Below, one piece after another: positions 30,106 through 42,929 of a stretch of DNA of 64,000 nt. Within the stretch, counting starts at the first letter, position 1; each line of letters opens with the position of its first letter. A model generated the notes under the pieces. The model ran no database searches. It was not told the origin of the DNA and saw only the letters and a list, made by a program, of their open reading frames with translations. Made by a program: the position numbers and the translations under genes. This DNA comes from Octopus sinensis (lineage: Eukaryota). The stretch covers positions 21,451,360 to 21,515,359 of the forward strand of contig NC_043019.1 in NCBI RefSeq assembly GCF_006345805.1, read 5' to 3'.

Positions 30106-30847
30106 CTTGGACTACATTGTTAAGTGTACCAATCGTTTTGTAGGACAGTTACATTTAGTTTGAGAGAGATCTGGTTGTTATTTCTAGTGGATAAAATGGA
30201 CATAATGAGATTCTCTAAAAGAAAAAACAAAACAAAAACAAGGAGAAACTCCTTTTTAGATGAGCAAGAAGGAGCAGGTATAGTGTAAAATAAGCAGTTT
30301 TGGAAAAATTAAAACAAACTACATACTGGCAGAGAGAGGGGAAGAGACAGAGAGAAGTTGTAGAGAGTGAGAGGCAGAGAGAGAAAGAGAGAGAGAGAGG
30401 ATGGGGCATCCCTGGGGAATGTAATATTTTAAATGAACAAATGGTGGTGGTGCTACAACATGGTCTTAACCATGATGGCTAAAAGTAAGTAAAGAACATG
30501 TAATAATGTCTGGTATGAGCTTGGATGAAAATAAGTCTTGGGGGTAGGAAAGAAAGGTACAGGATAAACAGAAGAATTTGTATAGATTTTGGGTTGAGCT
30601 AGCATGGAGTGATGAATAAAGACAGATGAATCAGAGAAAACACACTGCACCTAATGGCCCTACAGCTATAGGTCTTCACAAACTTTACAAATGGACAGCT
30701 CTCTTCTGAATACAAATTTAGGTAAAAGGAACCTTACAGATAGTGGTAATAATGATATTCCAAAGGGAAGAGCATTTAGTTTTTTGTTCAAAGTCAATAG
30801 TTTTTCGAGTAAATATTTGCTTCTCAAACAAACTCCCAAAATACTAC

Positions 30848-31662
30848 CATATCCATTTCGATACCAATCCGCCTGAGACAGCCCCTGTTTCTAGGATATT
30901 AATTTCCTGTTTGAAAGTGAGCAAACTTAAAACTTTTCATTAACCAGCATGGCTGACGTTATCCGTGGTCCCATGATACAACCCTGCCGTTTTAAAATGA
31001 TCTAAATTAAACCCTCCCATCAAAAATTTCATGCCAATTTACATTTGAAAGACCAGATCAACAACAGCAACCAAATTATTTTACTAAGTTTGTCATTATT
31101 TTCATAATTAATTTAAACAAAGGTAGTGTTATTTCAATACAAATATGGTAACAAAAGGATTAAAAATTGTATGGCTACTAGTCTATGGGTTAGCCACTCT
31201 CTGATCAATGACATAAACTTCCTATTTTAAAGTAATTTAAATTAAAACCCTCTATTAAAATTTCATGTTCCAAACACCGGTTAACAATGGCAGTTATTTC
31301 ATTAAATTTCTCATTATTTTCAAATTAAGTGAAACAAAGCCAGTGAATTTCGACAGAAATTTGGCAACAATGTGTTTAAAATTTCATGTTTCAAAGATCA
31401 ACTTAATAATGACAAAGTTATTTCACTGAGTTCTTTATCAATTTAAAAACTGAGACAAAGACAATGTGATTCAACAGAAATATGGTATCAAAAGGGTGAA
31501 ACTGGCCTAAATAAAAAACTTCCATCAAAATTTTATGTCGCATTACAGTCCAGACATCAACTTAATTACGAAAGAGTTATTTTACTAACCTCTACATTAT
31601 TTTCTAAATTAATTGAAACAATGACAGATTATTTTAACACCAACACAGTAACAAAAGGGTTA
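30848..31662. mobile_element. Cluster of 4-5 decayed head-to-tail copies of the piggyBac-like MITE family
   Basis: Recurrent blocks aaaatttcatg...gttattttactaa...gaaacaa...cagaaatatggtaacaaaaggg ending near 31162, 31380, 31500 and 31662. Relatives at about 7808-8160, 8688-9062, 9990-10160 and 52845-53165. Confidence 0.6.
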
Positions 31663-32647
31663 TTACAACTACATATCCACTTTCTGGCATCCACGACCAA
31701 ACATGACTAATGAATAACACAATTGTGACATTTCACATTCTGTTTCTTCTCTCTCTTGATATAGAGGCCATTGGTATCTTCTTGTTTACATGACTAAATA
31801 ATTAGTTTTGCATATTTGTGTAGTTTTTATTTATCGTATCACCCACAGCCTCCACACCCTTCTTTCTTTATTACAAATTTACTTCTGCTTAGTATTCAGA
31901 GTAGCAGTTGAGTGACTTCATAACAATCAGAAACGAACAGAACCAGATTATGAAATAGCTTCCAAAAGTCAAGTTTTTATTTAGAGTAGAACTAGATACT
32001 GAATTTTAGAGAGCCAATGTACTGGAAAATTAAGAAAAACCAAAATACAAATAATAATAATAATCCTTTTGGGGGCATTCATTCATGATGTGGGCAATAA
32101 TTTCATCAACTCTATTACAGATTCATTTCAGGGGAGACACTGGCTAATTCCTAAGGTTGACCCTCCAATATGTGGCCAAAGTTTTGTCTTGCAATATCAG
32201 TAATGTGATCTTGGTCTCTTTTATTGCCCCCAACGTACCCAAAACCAATATAAGTTGTGGTAACAAGATGAGGCAGTAAAAGTGCTATATTGGAAACTTT
32301 GTGAAAAGTGGGAGATAGAGAGAGGCAAGATGTAGTATAAGCATAAACCATGGAAAGTGGTGGAGTTGGAGATCTGCAAAACCCTGTGAGATTTTCCAAT
32401 ACAAACAGATCAGGTGCTTGAGCACAACAAATTGAAAATAGTGACACAAGGCCATCAATTTTAGGGGAGGGTTAAGTCAATTTCATCAATCCCCAGTGTT
32501 CAACTGGTACCTACAATATTGAATCCAAAAGGATGAAATGCAAAGTTGACCTTGGCCAGATTTGAACCCAGAATGTAAAGATGAATGATATGCCACTAAG
32601 CATTTTGCCCAGTGAGCCAACAATTCTACCAGCTTGCTGCCTCAATG

Positions 32648-32693
<46 letters not shown>

Positions 32694-32900
32694 CACCAAA
32701 ATGTGATTTTTTTCCCTTTAAACATATCAAATAACACAAGTTACTATTTTGGTCTATTTTCCAGATTCATTCTTCTCTATGTTGCTATAAAGGCCGTTCT
32801 ATAAAAACACTGATTACTGTATTCTTGTCCACCACATGACTAACTTTGTTTATTCTTTTTTTTTTTTTTTTACTTCTTTTGTTCTACTAAACCCACCTAC

Positions 32901-32975
32901 GGTCTCTTTCTTCGTTAGTATAAATTCATTTCCACTGAACAATTCTGAGAAGCAATGAACCATTTTTGAACGTCT
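32901..32975 (-). CDS. Candidate 75-nt cassette exon of the MPDZ-like gene
   Basis: ttcccttctgattgttaaAG|AGA...ACC|GTAGGT; phase 0 to 0, open: RRSKMVHCFSELFSGNEFILTKKET. Weak pyrimidine tract, no homology support. Confidence 0.3.
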
Positions 32976-35100
32976 CTTTAACAATCAGAAGGGAACATAA
33001 CGGGACTATGAAATGGCTTCCGAAAACACTTGCAATAAAATTAGACTAAATCTTAGAAGAGTTTAAGCATTTGGAAAGGAATGAAAAACAGAAATACAAA
33101 GAAGAAAAAAAATCCATGCAATTCTTTTCCCTATAGTGTATATATTTATACTAACCATGTATGTGAGTTTATTGCCCAAACTTACATATTTCTGTAAGAG
33201 CATCAACACTCATAAAAAATGAAAATATTAACAGAATGGAGTAAAATCTACTCAAGTTTTCAACAAAACGTATGTAATGTTAGAACAGTAGAAATTAATG
33301 ATCAACAGAGAAAATTAAAGAAAAAAAATCATAATTAAATAGTAAGAATAATCAAATGTTTTTTTGCTTTTTTTTCTTCAAATCAAGTAAAATATAAATT
33401 AAATTTTAAAATTAATGTTTAAAAAATGTATGGAAGGAAATTTTATGCCAAAAGCAAAGAGAAAAATTTAAAAAGAAAAAAAAAAGAGGTATATAAAATA
33501 AGATAGAGAGAAAAAATATGAAGGAACAACATTCTTGCATGCCATTAAAAGTGTCTTGTTTCAGTTGCCATTCCAGTGAAAAATGAATACAGAAGAAGTT
33601 CTTGTAAACAAAGAGATCGGAGAAAGAAAGAAAAGAAAAGAAAAGAAAATGTGTGTGTGTGTGTGAAAAACGGATGGGAAGTTTTGGCATTTGTATGTAT
33701 GCATGTATATATATGTGTGTGTGTGTGTGTATTTGTATATATGTATGTTTATCTGTATGTGTATGCACATATGTGTGTGTGTATGTATGCCATCATCATT
33801 TAACCACACACACACACACACACACATGTTCATGATAATGAGCATACTAAATTACACACACATCTACACACATGAAGAAAAATTGTTTTGTTAACTGAAA
33901 AATGATTTTATGTTTTTCTAAGAATAAAATCATTCTAATAATGAATGAAATTTAATAAAGAAAGTAAAAAAAAAAAGAAGAAAAAAAGTCTAAAATATAT
34001 GTTAAAAATAAGAAACCAGAAATATTTCAAATAAAGCAAAAAAGGAAAAAACATTTCAAACTATAAAAAGATGCAATCCAGGCATGCATAAAATTACGAA
34101 TAGTTTTTAAAACGATTAGAATTTAAAACTAAAGTTAACGAATAAACAAGTGAAATAATTTAAAAGATTCAAAATAGAAATAAATATACATATATAAATA
34201 CACACACACTCACACATATATATTTCTTTAGTTATGAATAAACAAGCTTATTTTTCAAGACAAAAATGTTTTATATAAAATGGAAAAAACCCCCCCAAAA
34301 ATCCCCTTTTTTAGAATATTCTTGATAAAGAATTTAATTCAAGATTGCAGTGTTGAAAAAGTTATTTTATTACTTTTGCATCTTAGTAAGAATCATTCTA
34401 ATCGTTAATTGGAAATGTATATTTCTATTTATTAATATTCCCTATATCTCCCACCCCATTCCCCTCTTTTACAGTATACTTTATCAAATTCTTTCAGGGA
34501 AAATGCTTAATTGGACTAGGGACACTATATTGCAGTTCAGTTAGAGCTAATTCTTGTTGTTATAACTTAGAGGGGGTAAGATGGTGTGCCTATAGCCCTT
34601 TTCGGGAACTCGGAGAATGGTGATATAGGAAGGGAGAAAGATATCCTTAACCATTTAGCATTTCAATCAGCCATATCAGGTCCACATATTCTACTTGCTT
34701 TATGCTCAAACTAGTCAGATCCTGCCTCTCACACCTACTCTGCAATATCATTCTAAAAGTAAACAATCATACCATTGAAATTTGTAAGTTATGAGATTAA
34801 TCCAATAATTAATTCAAAACAATCATCATCATCATCGTTTAATGTCCGCTTTCCATGCTAGCATGGTTTGGACGATTTGACTGAGGTCTGGCGAACCAGA
34901 TGGCTGCACCAGACTCCAATCTGATCTGGCAGAGTTTCTACAGCTGGATGCCCTTCCTAATGTCAACCACTCCGAGAGTGTAGTGGATGCTTTTACATGC
35001 CACCAGCACGAGGGCCAGTCAGGCGGTACTGGCAACAGCCATGCTCAAATGGTGATTTTTATGTGCCACGTAAATAAATAAGCATTACATTTGACAGAGT

Positions 35101-36062
35101 TTGAGGTTGAGCTGAAAAGTTCATAGGCTGACTATGAAAGAACGATTATCAATAACTGCATTGCTTCTTTTCAGGTAAACTGATATCTGACTGCTTAAAG
35201 AAGACTTCAAAAATAACTAGTAGCAACTTCTCTTGAAAATGGACAAAATGTTGCATCATGGTGTTATGAAGTACTTGCAGAAAAAGGGTTTAGCTCCTTT
35301 TAGCATGGTTGCTACATATGGGGATAATGCATCAGTTTTATCAACAGTGCAAAAATAGGCAGTTAATTTAGGAGGGGAATGGAAAGTGTTGAAGATGACC
35401 CAAGGTCTGGATATCCTGCAACTGCCACCAAGGAGGCGGTAACATTGATCTTGTTGACTAACATGGTGATAGATGACAGGCAATTGATTATAAATCAAAT
35501 AGCCAATGCTTTTAGCATATCCCCTGAGAGAATTGAGAATATTCTGTACAATGAACTTGGCATGATGAAGGTTTCTGCTTGGTGGGTGCAATGTATTCTG
35601 ACACTTGATCAAAAGTGCACAAGGCTGATTACATCATGGGAATATATGACATTATTTGAGGTAAATCCAGCTGGTTTCCTTACCTAGGGTGAATGTTGGC
35701 TTCATCACTTTGAGCCAGAGACAAAGAGAAAATTCATAGTGGAAATGCCCCTCACCTGTTCCAAAGAAAGGCCAGGGTTGTTTCATCTGCAGGGAAGGTG
35801 ATGGCCTTAATTTTTTTGGAATGCAAAAGGTATTGTGTTTATTGACTATCCTCAAAAGGGCCACACCATCAATGGAGAGTACTATGCCAACTTGTTGAGG
35901 TAGTTACAAAAGGGCATCAAGATCAAGCACCCAGGAAAACTGATGAAAGGGGTCTTGTTTTATCAAGACGTAAGTCCTTGGTTTCAATGGACGCAATGTG
36001 TGTGATCAACTGGTTGATCACCCTTCCAATTCTCCAGAGTTTGCCCCATTTGACTATCATTT
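35101..36062 (+). mobile_element. Decayed mariner transposon (transposase pseudogene)
   Basis: 5' TIR-like gaggttgagctgaaaagttc; ATG 35239; motifs EDDPRSG.P, LGMMKVSAWWV (WVPxxL), WLHHFEPETK, SAGKVMA..FW..KGIVFIDY..KGHTINGEYYANLL, HPSNSPEFAPFDYH (YSPDLAPxD). Several stops and frameshifts; 3' end missing. Confidence 0.9.
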
Positions 36063-36340
36063 TATAGAGGGAATGGAAGAGAAAGTCAAACAGTAAGAGG
36101 TTTGAACTCACAACTCAAAGAAACAGAACTAATTACTATCAAGCAATTAATCTGATGCTCAAATGCTTCTGGCACATCCCTGCCTTCTGGCCATCCAATA
36201 AGATGATTGACAAGATAACAGCAGTTGATAATAGTTACTAATAATAATGATTACTTTTACTTAAACTAATAACAATAATAATAATAATAATAACAATAAT
36301 AAAAATAATAATAATAATAAAAATAATAATAATAATGATG

Positions 36341-36371
<31 letters not shown>

Positions 36372-36607
36372 TAACAAACACACATAAACTTAGTTTATGT
36401 CTACAATTCACTTCAAATTGACAATGTTCAGTAATTAGATGTTAGTGAATCTAAATGGAGTCTATAAGAGGATTAAAAGACAATTTTAATCTACTTAAAT
36501 CCAGGGAACCCCCAAGCCTTTTATTACTAATGACTAGTAGTTTAATTAAGCCATCATCAAATTAAATAAATACTTCCACTCTTCTTTTTCAGATTTTTCT
36601 TCTTACA

Positions 36608-36800
36608 CTATGAATATATTAAGTTCTTACATTTATGAATAAATTACATTTGTACAGTTATGAATAAATTAAGCTCTTATATTCATGAATAAATTATGTT
36701 TTTACATTATGAATACATTAAATTGCTGCATTTATGGATAAATTACATTCATGCATTATGAATAAATTAAGTTCTTACATTATGAATAATAAATTAAGAT
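36608..36800. repeat. Minisatellite, about 24-25 bp unit, about 8 copies
   Basis: Recurrent tatgaataaatta...ttacat. Confidence 0.8.
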
Positions 36801-37201
36801 AGTCCTGTCTTTAAGTAATAATAAGCAAGATAATAGATTTTTGAAAAAAGAAATATTTTTAATAATTTTTAAAACAAAAGTAAAGATAGTTTTCAGCTTG
36901 AGTAAAGTGAGAATAAAAAGGAGCCATTTATTAGGAAAATAATGAATCAAACAGCGATTTTCATGGCTTTGAGGATGCACAAACTTGATTTATTTTAATA
37001 AAAAAGAGAGACAGAAAGAGAAAGATAGAAAAAGAGAAAAGGTTGAAATAAAAGAAGTCACATATATGTGAGGAACGAATGCAAACAGCTTGTGGAAATT
37101 CGTTGACGCAGCATCGTAGCTTTGAAAGATAAGGTAAGGGTGCAGTAGAAAATGTGCAGAAATCAAAGCACAAACATAATTATATATAATTGCAGCAATA
37201 C

Positions 37202-37351
37202 CTGCAGATTTAAATGTGAGACTTGACGTAAGTGCCCGTCTATAACCGAAGTGTGTCGATGCTCAGTGAGTGACTTGGCAGTCATTTGTGAAGAGGAGTC
37301 TGTGTTCTTAGGAGTGGGTGACACTCCACGGCGGTCTTCCACATCTAAAGG
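37202..37351 (-). CDS. MPDZ: MPDZ/PATJ-family exon: inter-PDZ linker
   Basis: Acceptor gtatctttcacAG, donor CAG|GTATTG; 150 nt, phase 0 to 0, open frame PLDVEDRRGVSPTPKNTDSSSQMTAKSLTEHRHTSVIDGHLRQVSHLNLQ. GC/CpG elevated. No recognisable homology, so support is splice signals and phase only. Confidence 0.75.
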
Positions 37352-37379
37352 CTGTGAAAGATACAAACTCTAAAGCACT

Positions 37380-37910
37380 TGGTGGTAGTGGTGGTGGTGG
37401 TTGTGGTTGCAGAGGTGTTAGTGGTGATGGAGGTGGGGGAATTGATGGTGGATGTAATAGAGGGTGGAAATGATGGTAAGTGTGATTGTAATGGTGGTGG
37501 AGCAGTTGGTGATGATAGTGGTTGTGATGGAGCGGGGTTGTGTGGAGTTGGTGTTAATAGTGGTTGTAAAGGACGAGGGGGAGTTAGTGGTGATGGTGGA
37601 TGTAATGGATGGGAGTGGGGTGAAATTGATGATGGTGGTTGTAATTGAGAGGGGAGGAGTTGGTGGTAATAGTGGGTGTAACGGAAATAGAGGGTGGTGG
37701 AGTTTGTGGTGATGGTGGTTGTAACAGGGTGGAAACTGGCGACGATGATGTTATAACAGAGGAGGAAAAAGTTGATAGAGATGGTTATAAGAGAGTAGGG
37801 GTGAGGAAATCAGTGGTGTAGTTGTAATGAAGGAGAGGGTTGGTGGTGATGGTGATTGTAATGGAGAGAGGTAGGGGATTTTGTGGCTGGTAGTGGTATG
37901 AGGGTGTGGG
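37380..37910. repeat. GGT/GAT-rich low-complexity tract (decayed simple repeat)
   Basis: Recurrent gtggtgatggtggttgtaa variants; strongly G-skewed on the + strand. Confidence 0.8.
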
Positions 37911-39747
37911 GAAGAAAAACAAATACTTCATCTTCCACACACCCACACCTACATCTAATATCATATCCCATAGGAAAATCATTCAGAGATGAATTAATGC
38001 TCCTGCATCAAACATGGCATTTGGTGGTTTGGAAAGAGTAAACATTTGAAAAGACTACATCAAAACTAATTTGGATAAACAGGAATTAATAATGCAATAA
38101 TCAAACTGATTAGCATGCGGTGTGATTGAATATTGTTGAATAAATTGAACCAATGTAATCTAGGCACTTAATGTGGGTACTTCGTGTGGATGTATGTGTG
38201 TCTGTCTGTCTGTGTGTAGATGGATATGTGAATGCGTATGTTGAACATATAAGGGTTTTGTGTACAAGGTTCACATAATTTCTTTGGTATCCCCTACTTA
38301 AATGCTAAAAAAAAAAAATAATAATTTAACTGAAACAAATATAATCAAGCATTAATTAAACAAGGGAATTAAACAATTTGATAAATCTGAAAGCTGTTTC
38401 AAATTGAGGATTTTGTATCATTGATGCAAACAAACTATAAGGCCTTTAAAACCCCCACCCACACCCCTGCCTCAACGAAATAAAGCATTAAAAAAAAAAA
38501 GGTTTAACCTATTACTTGTGCAATTTCTTTTAAATTAAATTCCAAATGAGATCTGCTTCTATTATCAACAAGAGACTCTAAACAACATTACGCATTTTCT
38601 TTCCTGTTCTCTCTCTCTCTCTCTCTCTTGTGTAACTGTAAAAACTGGCTAACAAAATCTACAGATTGCCCATATATGGAAGAATTCTGACATCTGCTGG
38701 GAATTTTAAAATAATAATCCCCAGTCAATGAGAATTAGCACAATTTTGATTTGAAATAAATGACTTTTACTCTGTATATCATCATCATCATCATTATCAT
38801 CATCATTTAATGTCCGCTTTCCATGATAGCATGGGTTGGACAGTTTTGAGTGAGGGCTGGCGAACCAGATGGCTGCACCAGGCTCCAATCTTAATCTGGC
38901 AGAGTTTCTACAGCTGGATGCCCTTTCTAATGCCAACCACTCCGAGAGTGTAGTGGGTGCTTTTTACGTGCCAGTCAGGTGGTACTGGCAACGACCTCGC
39001 TCGAATCTTTTTACACATGCCACCGACACAGGTGCCAGTAAAGCAACACTGATTTTAAAAAATCCTCATTATTATTATTACTATTATTATGAAGGTGGTG
39101 AACTAGCAGAATCATTAGTATGCCAGACCAAATGCTTAGCAGCATTTTGTCCGTCTTTGCATTGTGAGTTAAATTCTGTCAGGATTGATTATGCCTTTCA
39201 ACCTTCTGGGGATGAAGAAACAAGTACCAGTTGCGTATTGAGGTTGATGCAATTGACTTCCCTCTCCCCTCAAATTACCAACCGTGTGCCAAAAGTTAGA
39301 AAGAATTATTATTATTATTATTATTATGGCAAGCTGGCAGAATTGTCAGAGCATCAGAGAAAAAAATGCTTTACAATACTTGTTCCAATGTTTTACATTC
39401 TAATTTCGAATCCCACTGAGGTCAACTTAGCCTTTCATCTTTTGGGGATTGATAAAATAAAGTACAAGTACTGAGGTTAATGGTATTGACAAATCCCCTA
39501 CTCATAAAATTGCTGGCCTTGTGCTAAAATTTGAAACCTTATCATTATGAAGGCAATGAGCTAGCAGAATTATTAGCACACTGGACAAAACACTGAGCAT
39601 CATTCCTTCCAGTTTTATGGTCTGAGTTCAAATGCCACCAAGGTTGACTTTGCCTTTCATCCTTTCAGGGTCAATAAATACCAGTCAAGTACTGGAGTTA
39701 ATGTAAAATTTTACTCAATACAGGCCTTGTACCTATAGTAGAAAGAA

Positions 39748-40158
39748 TTATTATCTCCACCTTAGCAAAGGTGAAGGTATTGTTTTCAGTCATATTTGTT
39801 TGTTTGCTTGTCCGTGGGCAAGATATCTCAAGAACCACTGGATGGATTCGGATGAAACTTTCAGGGATGTCTGGCCTCATGACTGGCAGGAACAGATTAG
39901 ATTTTAGGATTGATCTGGATTATTTGTTATATTTACTCTACATGATTACGATCTTATGTTCACTTGCAAGTCTTTCTCAATTATCTCCCTTTAGGCTGTT
40001 TCCAAAGTTTTATTTTCATTTCTCTATTATTAATTTTACTCGCATCTCTATCTTAGTAGAAACAATGGGTAACGGAATCAAACTACATAAACACACGGCA
40101 GCAAAATCATTCAGAAATTAAATAACACTAACATATTTTTATTATATACACCGTCGTA

Positions 40159-40189
<31 letters not shown>

Positions 40190-40902
40190 GCATGTCTGTG
40201 TTTGTCCCCTAGCATTGCTTGACAACCGATGCTGGTGTGTTTATGTCCCCGTTACTTAGCGGTTCGGCAAAAAAGACCGATAGAATAAGTACTGGGCTTA
40301 CAAAAGAATAAGTCCCGGGGTCGAGTTGCTCGATTAAAAGGCGGTGCTCCAGCATGGCCGCAGTCAAATGACTGAAACAAGTAAAAGAGTAAAAGAGTAT
40401 ATATACATATTAACACTTTACAGTATACTTGCATATATACATACATCTATCCATTGATCTAAAACAACAGGAATACTAAAGGAAGGCCAGAATCTAAGAG
40501 AAGAGAAAACCAAAAGGTCTCCTGCTATTCATTTAAAAATTCCTGAGTAGAACTTATTATTATTACCTCCGCCTTTGAAACTATTTTGAATGGCGAATTT
40601 GTTAAGTTTGGCTTGTATTAAATAAGGATAAACTATTCATTACTGTTACTAAATTTTCTACAGCCACCGTCACATTGGCTACTATTGGGATTGATCAAGT
40701 ACCGGACAAGGATTCTGGATTATTTTTCCGGTTTTGTTTACTTAATTTTTGAGAGCGGTCAGGTTCATTTTGAGTATTCTCATTTGTGATAGCAGTCGAG
40801 TTTATTTCAGATATTCTCATTTTAAGAATCATCTCTGGCTAATCGTTGAGAGGACGTTGATGTTGCCTTGGCAGAGGTTTGCACTCTCTGAGTGCCCTTG
40901 TT
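39748..40902 (+). mobile_element. Helentron-type non-autonomous element(s) (HINE/DINE-like) with a nested SINE fragment
   Basis: 5' ttattatctccacc...ggtgaaggtattgtttt followed by (TTTG)n; second start tattacctccgcc at 40561; 3' subterminal ggcagaggt, hairpin gcactc-tct-gagtgc, then ttgtt. Architecture matches known HINEs; assigned from pattern only. Confidence 0.55.
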
Positions 40903-41035
40903 ACTATTATTATTTTTCTTTTTCTTTGAATTTGGTTTTCATTTCTGCTGAGTGTCTTCCTGACACCTAGGGCAAATAAACTCACTTTATAGATTTCATA
41001 AGTCATTAAAATAAACATGCCATTCATAGGCCTAT
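40903..41035 (-). mobile_element. 3' UTR-only remnant of an R4/Dong-like LINE
   Basis: Reverse complement tgagtttatttgccctaggtgtcaggaagacactcagcagaaatg matches 57057-57102 tgagtttctttgccctaggagtcgggaagacactcggcaagaaatg; TAA repeats at both ends. Confidence 0.7.
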
Positions 41036-41279
41036 CATCATTATTATTATTATTATTTCACTGAGCTGGCAGAATGATAGAAGTTCCAATGTTGCTATAC
41101 TAAGCAGGTGAAATGACAAACACAAGAAAGCCCTTGTTCTGGCCTGTCTCTGTAAATTACTAGGATACTTGAGTAGTGTGTAAAATGTTAATGGTACAAA
41201 ATCATTACTTGAAACAGCTTACCTATGTATTAAACCTATCTTAAAACTTTGTAAATAATGTAACAAGAAAACAAAAAGA

Positions 41280-41413
41280 TATTTGCATACAGGCTTTCCC
41301 TTTCATCGTAATCCGGTGATTACCGCCCGTTGACAAGAGGCAACAACCTCGAAACTGCAGTCCGGTCATATCACTTAGGCTTACGAGAAAGGGATGGCCT
41401 CCCTTTGCAAATA
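41280..41413 (+). ncRNA. Type I hammerhead ribozyme-like motif with an extended stem I (Penelope/retrozyme type)
   Basis: ccg-TTGACAA-gagg(caacaa)cctc-GAA-AC(tgca)GT-C-cgg, plus nested pairings gtgat/atcac, cgtaa/ttacg, tccctttc/gaaaggga, aggc/gcct and tatttgca/tgcaaata. Confidence 0.7.
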
Positions 41414-41814
41414 CCATATGGGCACAGATAGTGTTATAAATAATAGAATATTAAATTTTTACATAAAAAATATCAAATTTACACAAAAATATAACATATT
41501 GCTGAAATTATGCCTTGTGGTCATTAAGCTCAAAGTCTACTCTGAGCAAACAGACTTATGGTCAGAAGTTCAAGACATGATTATTCTGTCTTTAAAGTGT
41601 ATCTAAAGGTATATCTTTTTTTCATGTCTCTATTCTTTTCCCAAGATGAGGGTGTATGATTTTGAAAATAATTAGCAACTACTTCTTGCAGGTTGAGGAA
41701 CTATGCAGAGCATTGTTTGTTGGCTGGTGAATTTTGCATCATACTGTGTATGCATGCTCAACTGTGTGTATGTATGTATATTTGTATATGCTATATGTGT
41801 GTGTGTGTATGTTG

Positions 41815-41901
<87 letters not shown>

Positions 41902-41998
41902 TATATATATATATATAATGTATATATAGTATATATATATATATATATTATATATATATATATATAATATATATATATATATATGTATATATATAATG

Positions 41999-42061
<63 letters not shown>

Positions 42062-42073
42062 ATATATATATAT

Positions 42074-42176
<103 letters not shown>

Positions 42177-42509
42177 TATACATACACACACATAGTTCCA
42201 CACATATATTTACAAACATTTCTTGTAAAAGTGCATACCAAATCAAAACATGACAAGGAATTCTAAATGTGGATAAAACTTTCCAAAGACATGTTTCCAA
42301 TATTCTTAAAAATGTATTTTCTTCTATTTTTAAACACACATTCTTTTTCCAGGGAGTGTGCAAAATATTTACCTTTTTATTCAAATTGACACGCATGTAT
42401 TTTATCTGGAAAGTTCAAAATAATAACTCAAGGATTTTTTCCACAGTACACACACACACACATTGCATATATATATATATAGATATATATATATATATAT
42501 CTATATATA

Positions 42510-42568
<59 letters not shown>

Positions 42569-42882
42569 GTAAAAAATGAGCAACACCTTACATAACACAC
42601 ACACACACATTGCATATATATATATATATATATATATGCAGTGTGGAGAAGTCATATTTTTAACCTTCTTTCACACACACAACAAAATAAATTTAGATTA
42701 AAGGAAACATTAAACATAATTATGCAGACATTTATATTCTAATTATTTCTGGTATACTGTATATGCATATATATATATATATGTATGTGTGTGCACATAC
42801 AGATATAAATGCATGTATACACACATTCATATACATATAATATATACATATGCACATTCATACATGTTAATAAAATATACAC

Positions 42883-42929
<47 letters not shown>

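Noticed and set aside
31900-33060. Paired conserved blocks as C/D snoRNAs or as a + strand pseudogene (NNQK.T..DYE.AS)
   Set aside because: CTGA is present but no box C; the + strand frames contain stops in both copies and are too short to judge.
36608-36800. Regularly spaced repeats as a CRISPR-like array
   Set aside because: Eukaryotic intron; contiguous degenerate units with no unique spacers, so an ordinary minisatellite.
37379-37712. Gly/Val-rich ORFs
   Set aside because: Low-complexity GGT/GAT tract.
38869-39474. 201-aa ORF
   Set aside because: Runs across adjacent SINE A and SINE C copies and (TAT)n; no protein-like features.
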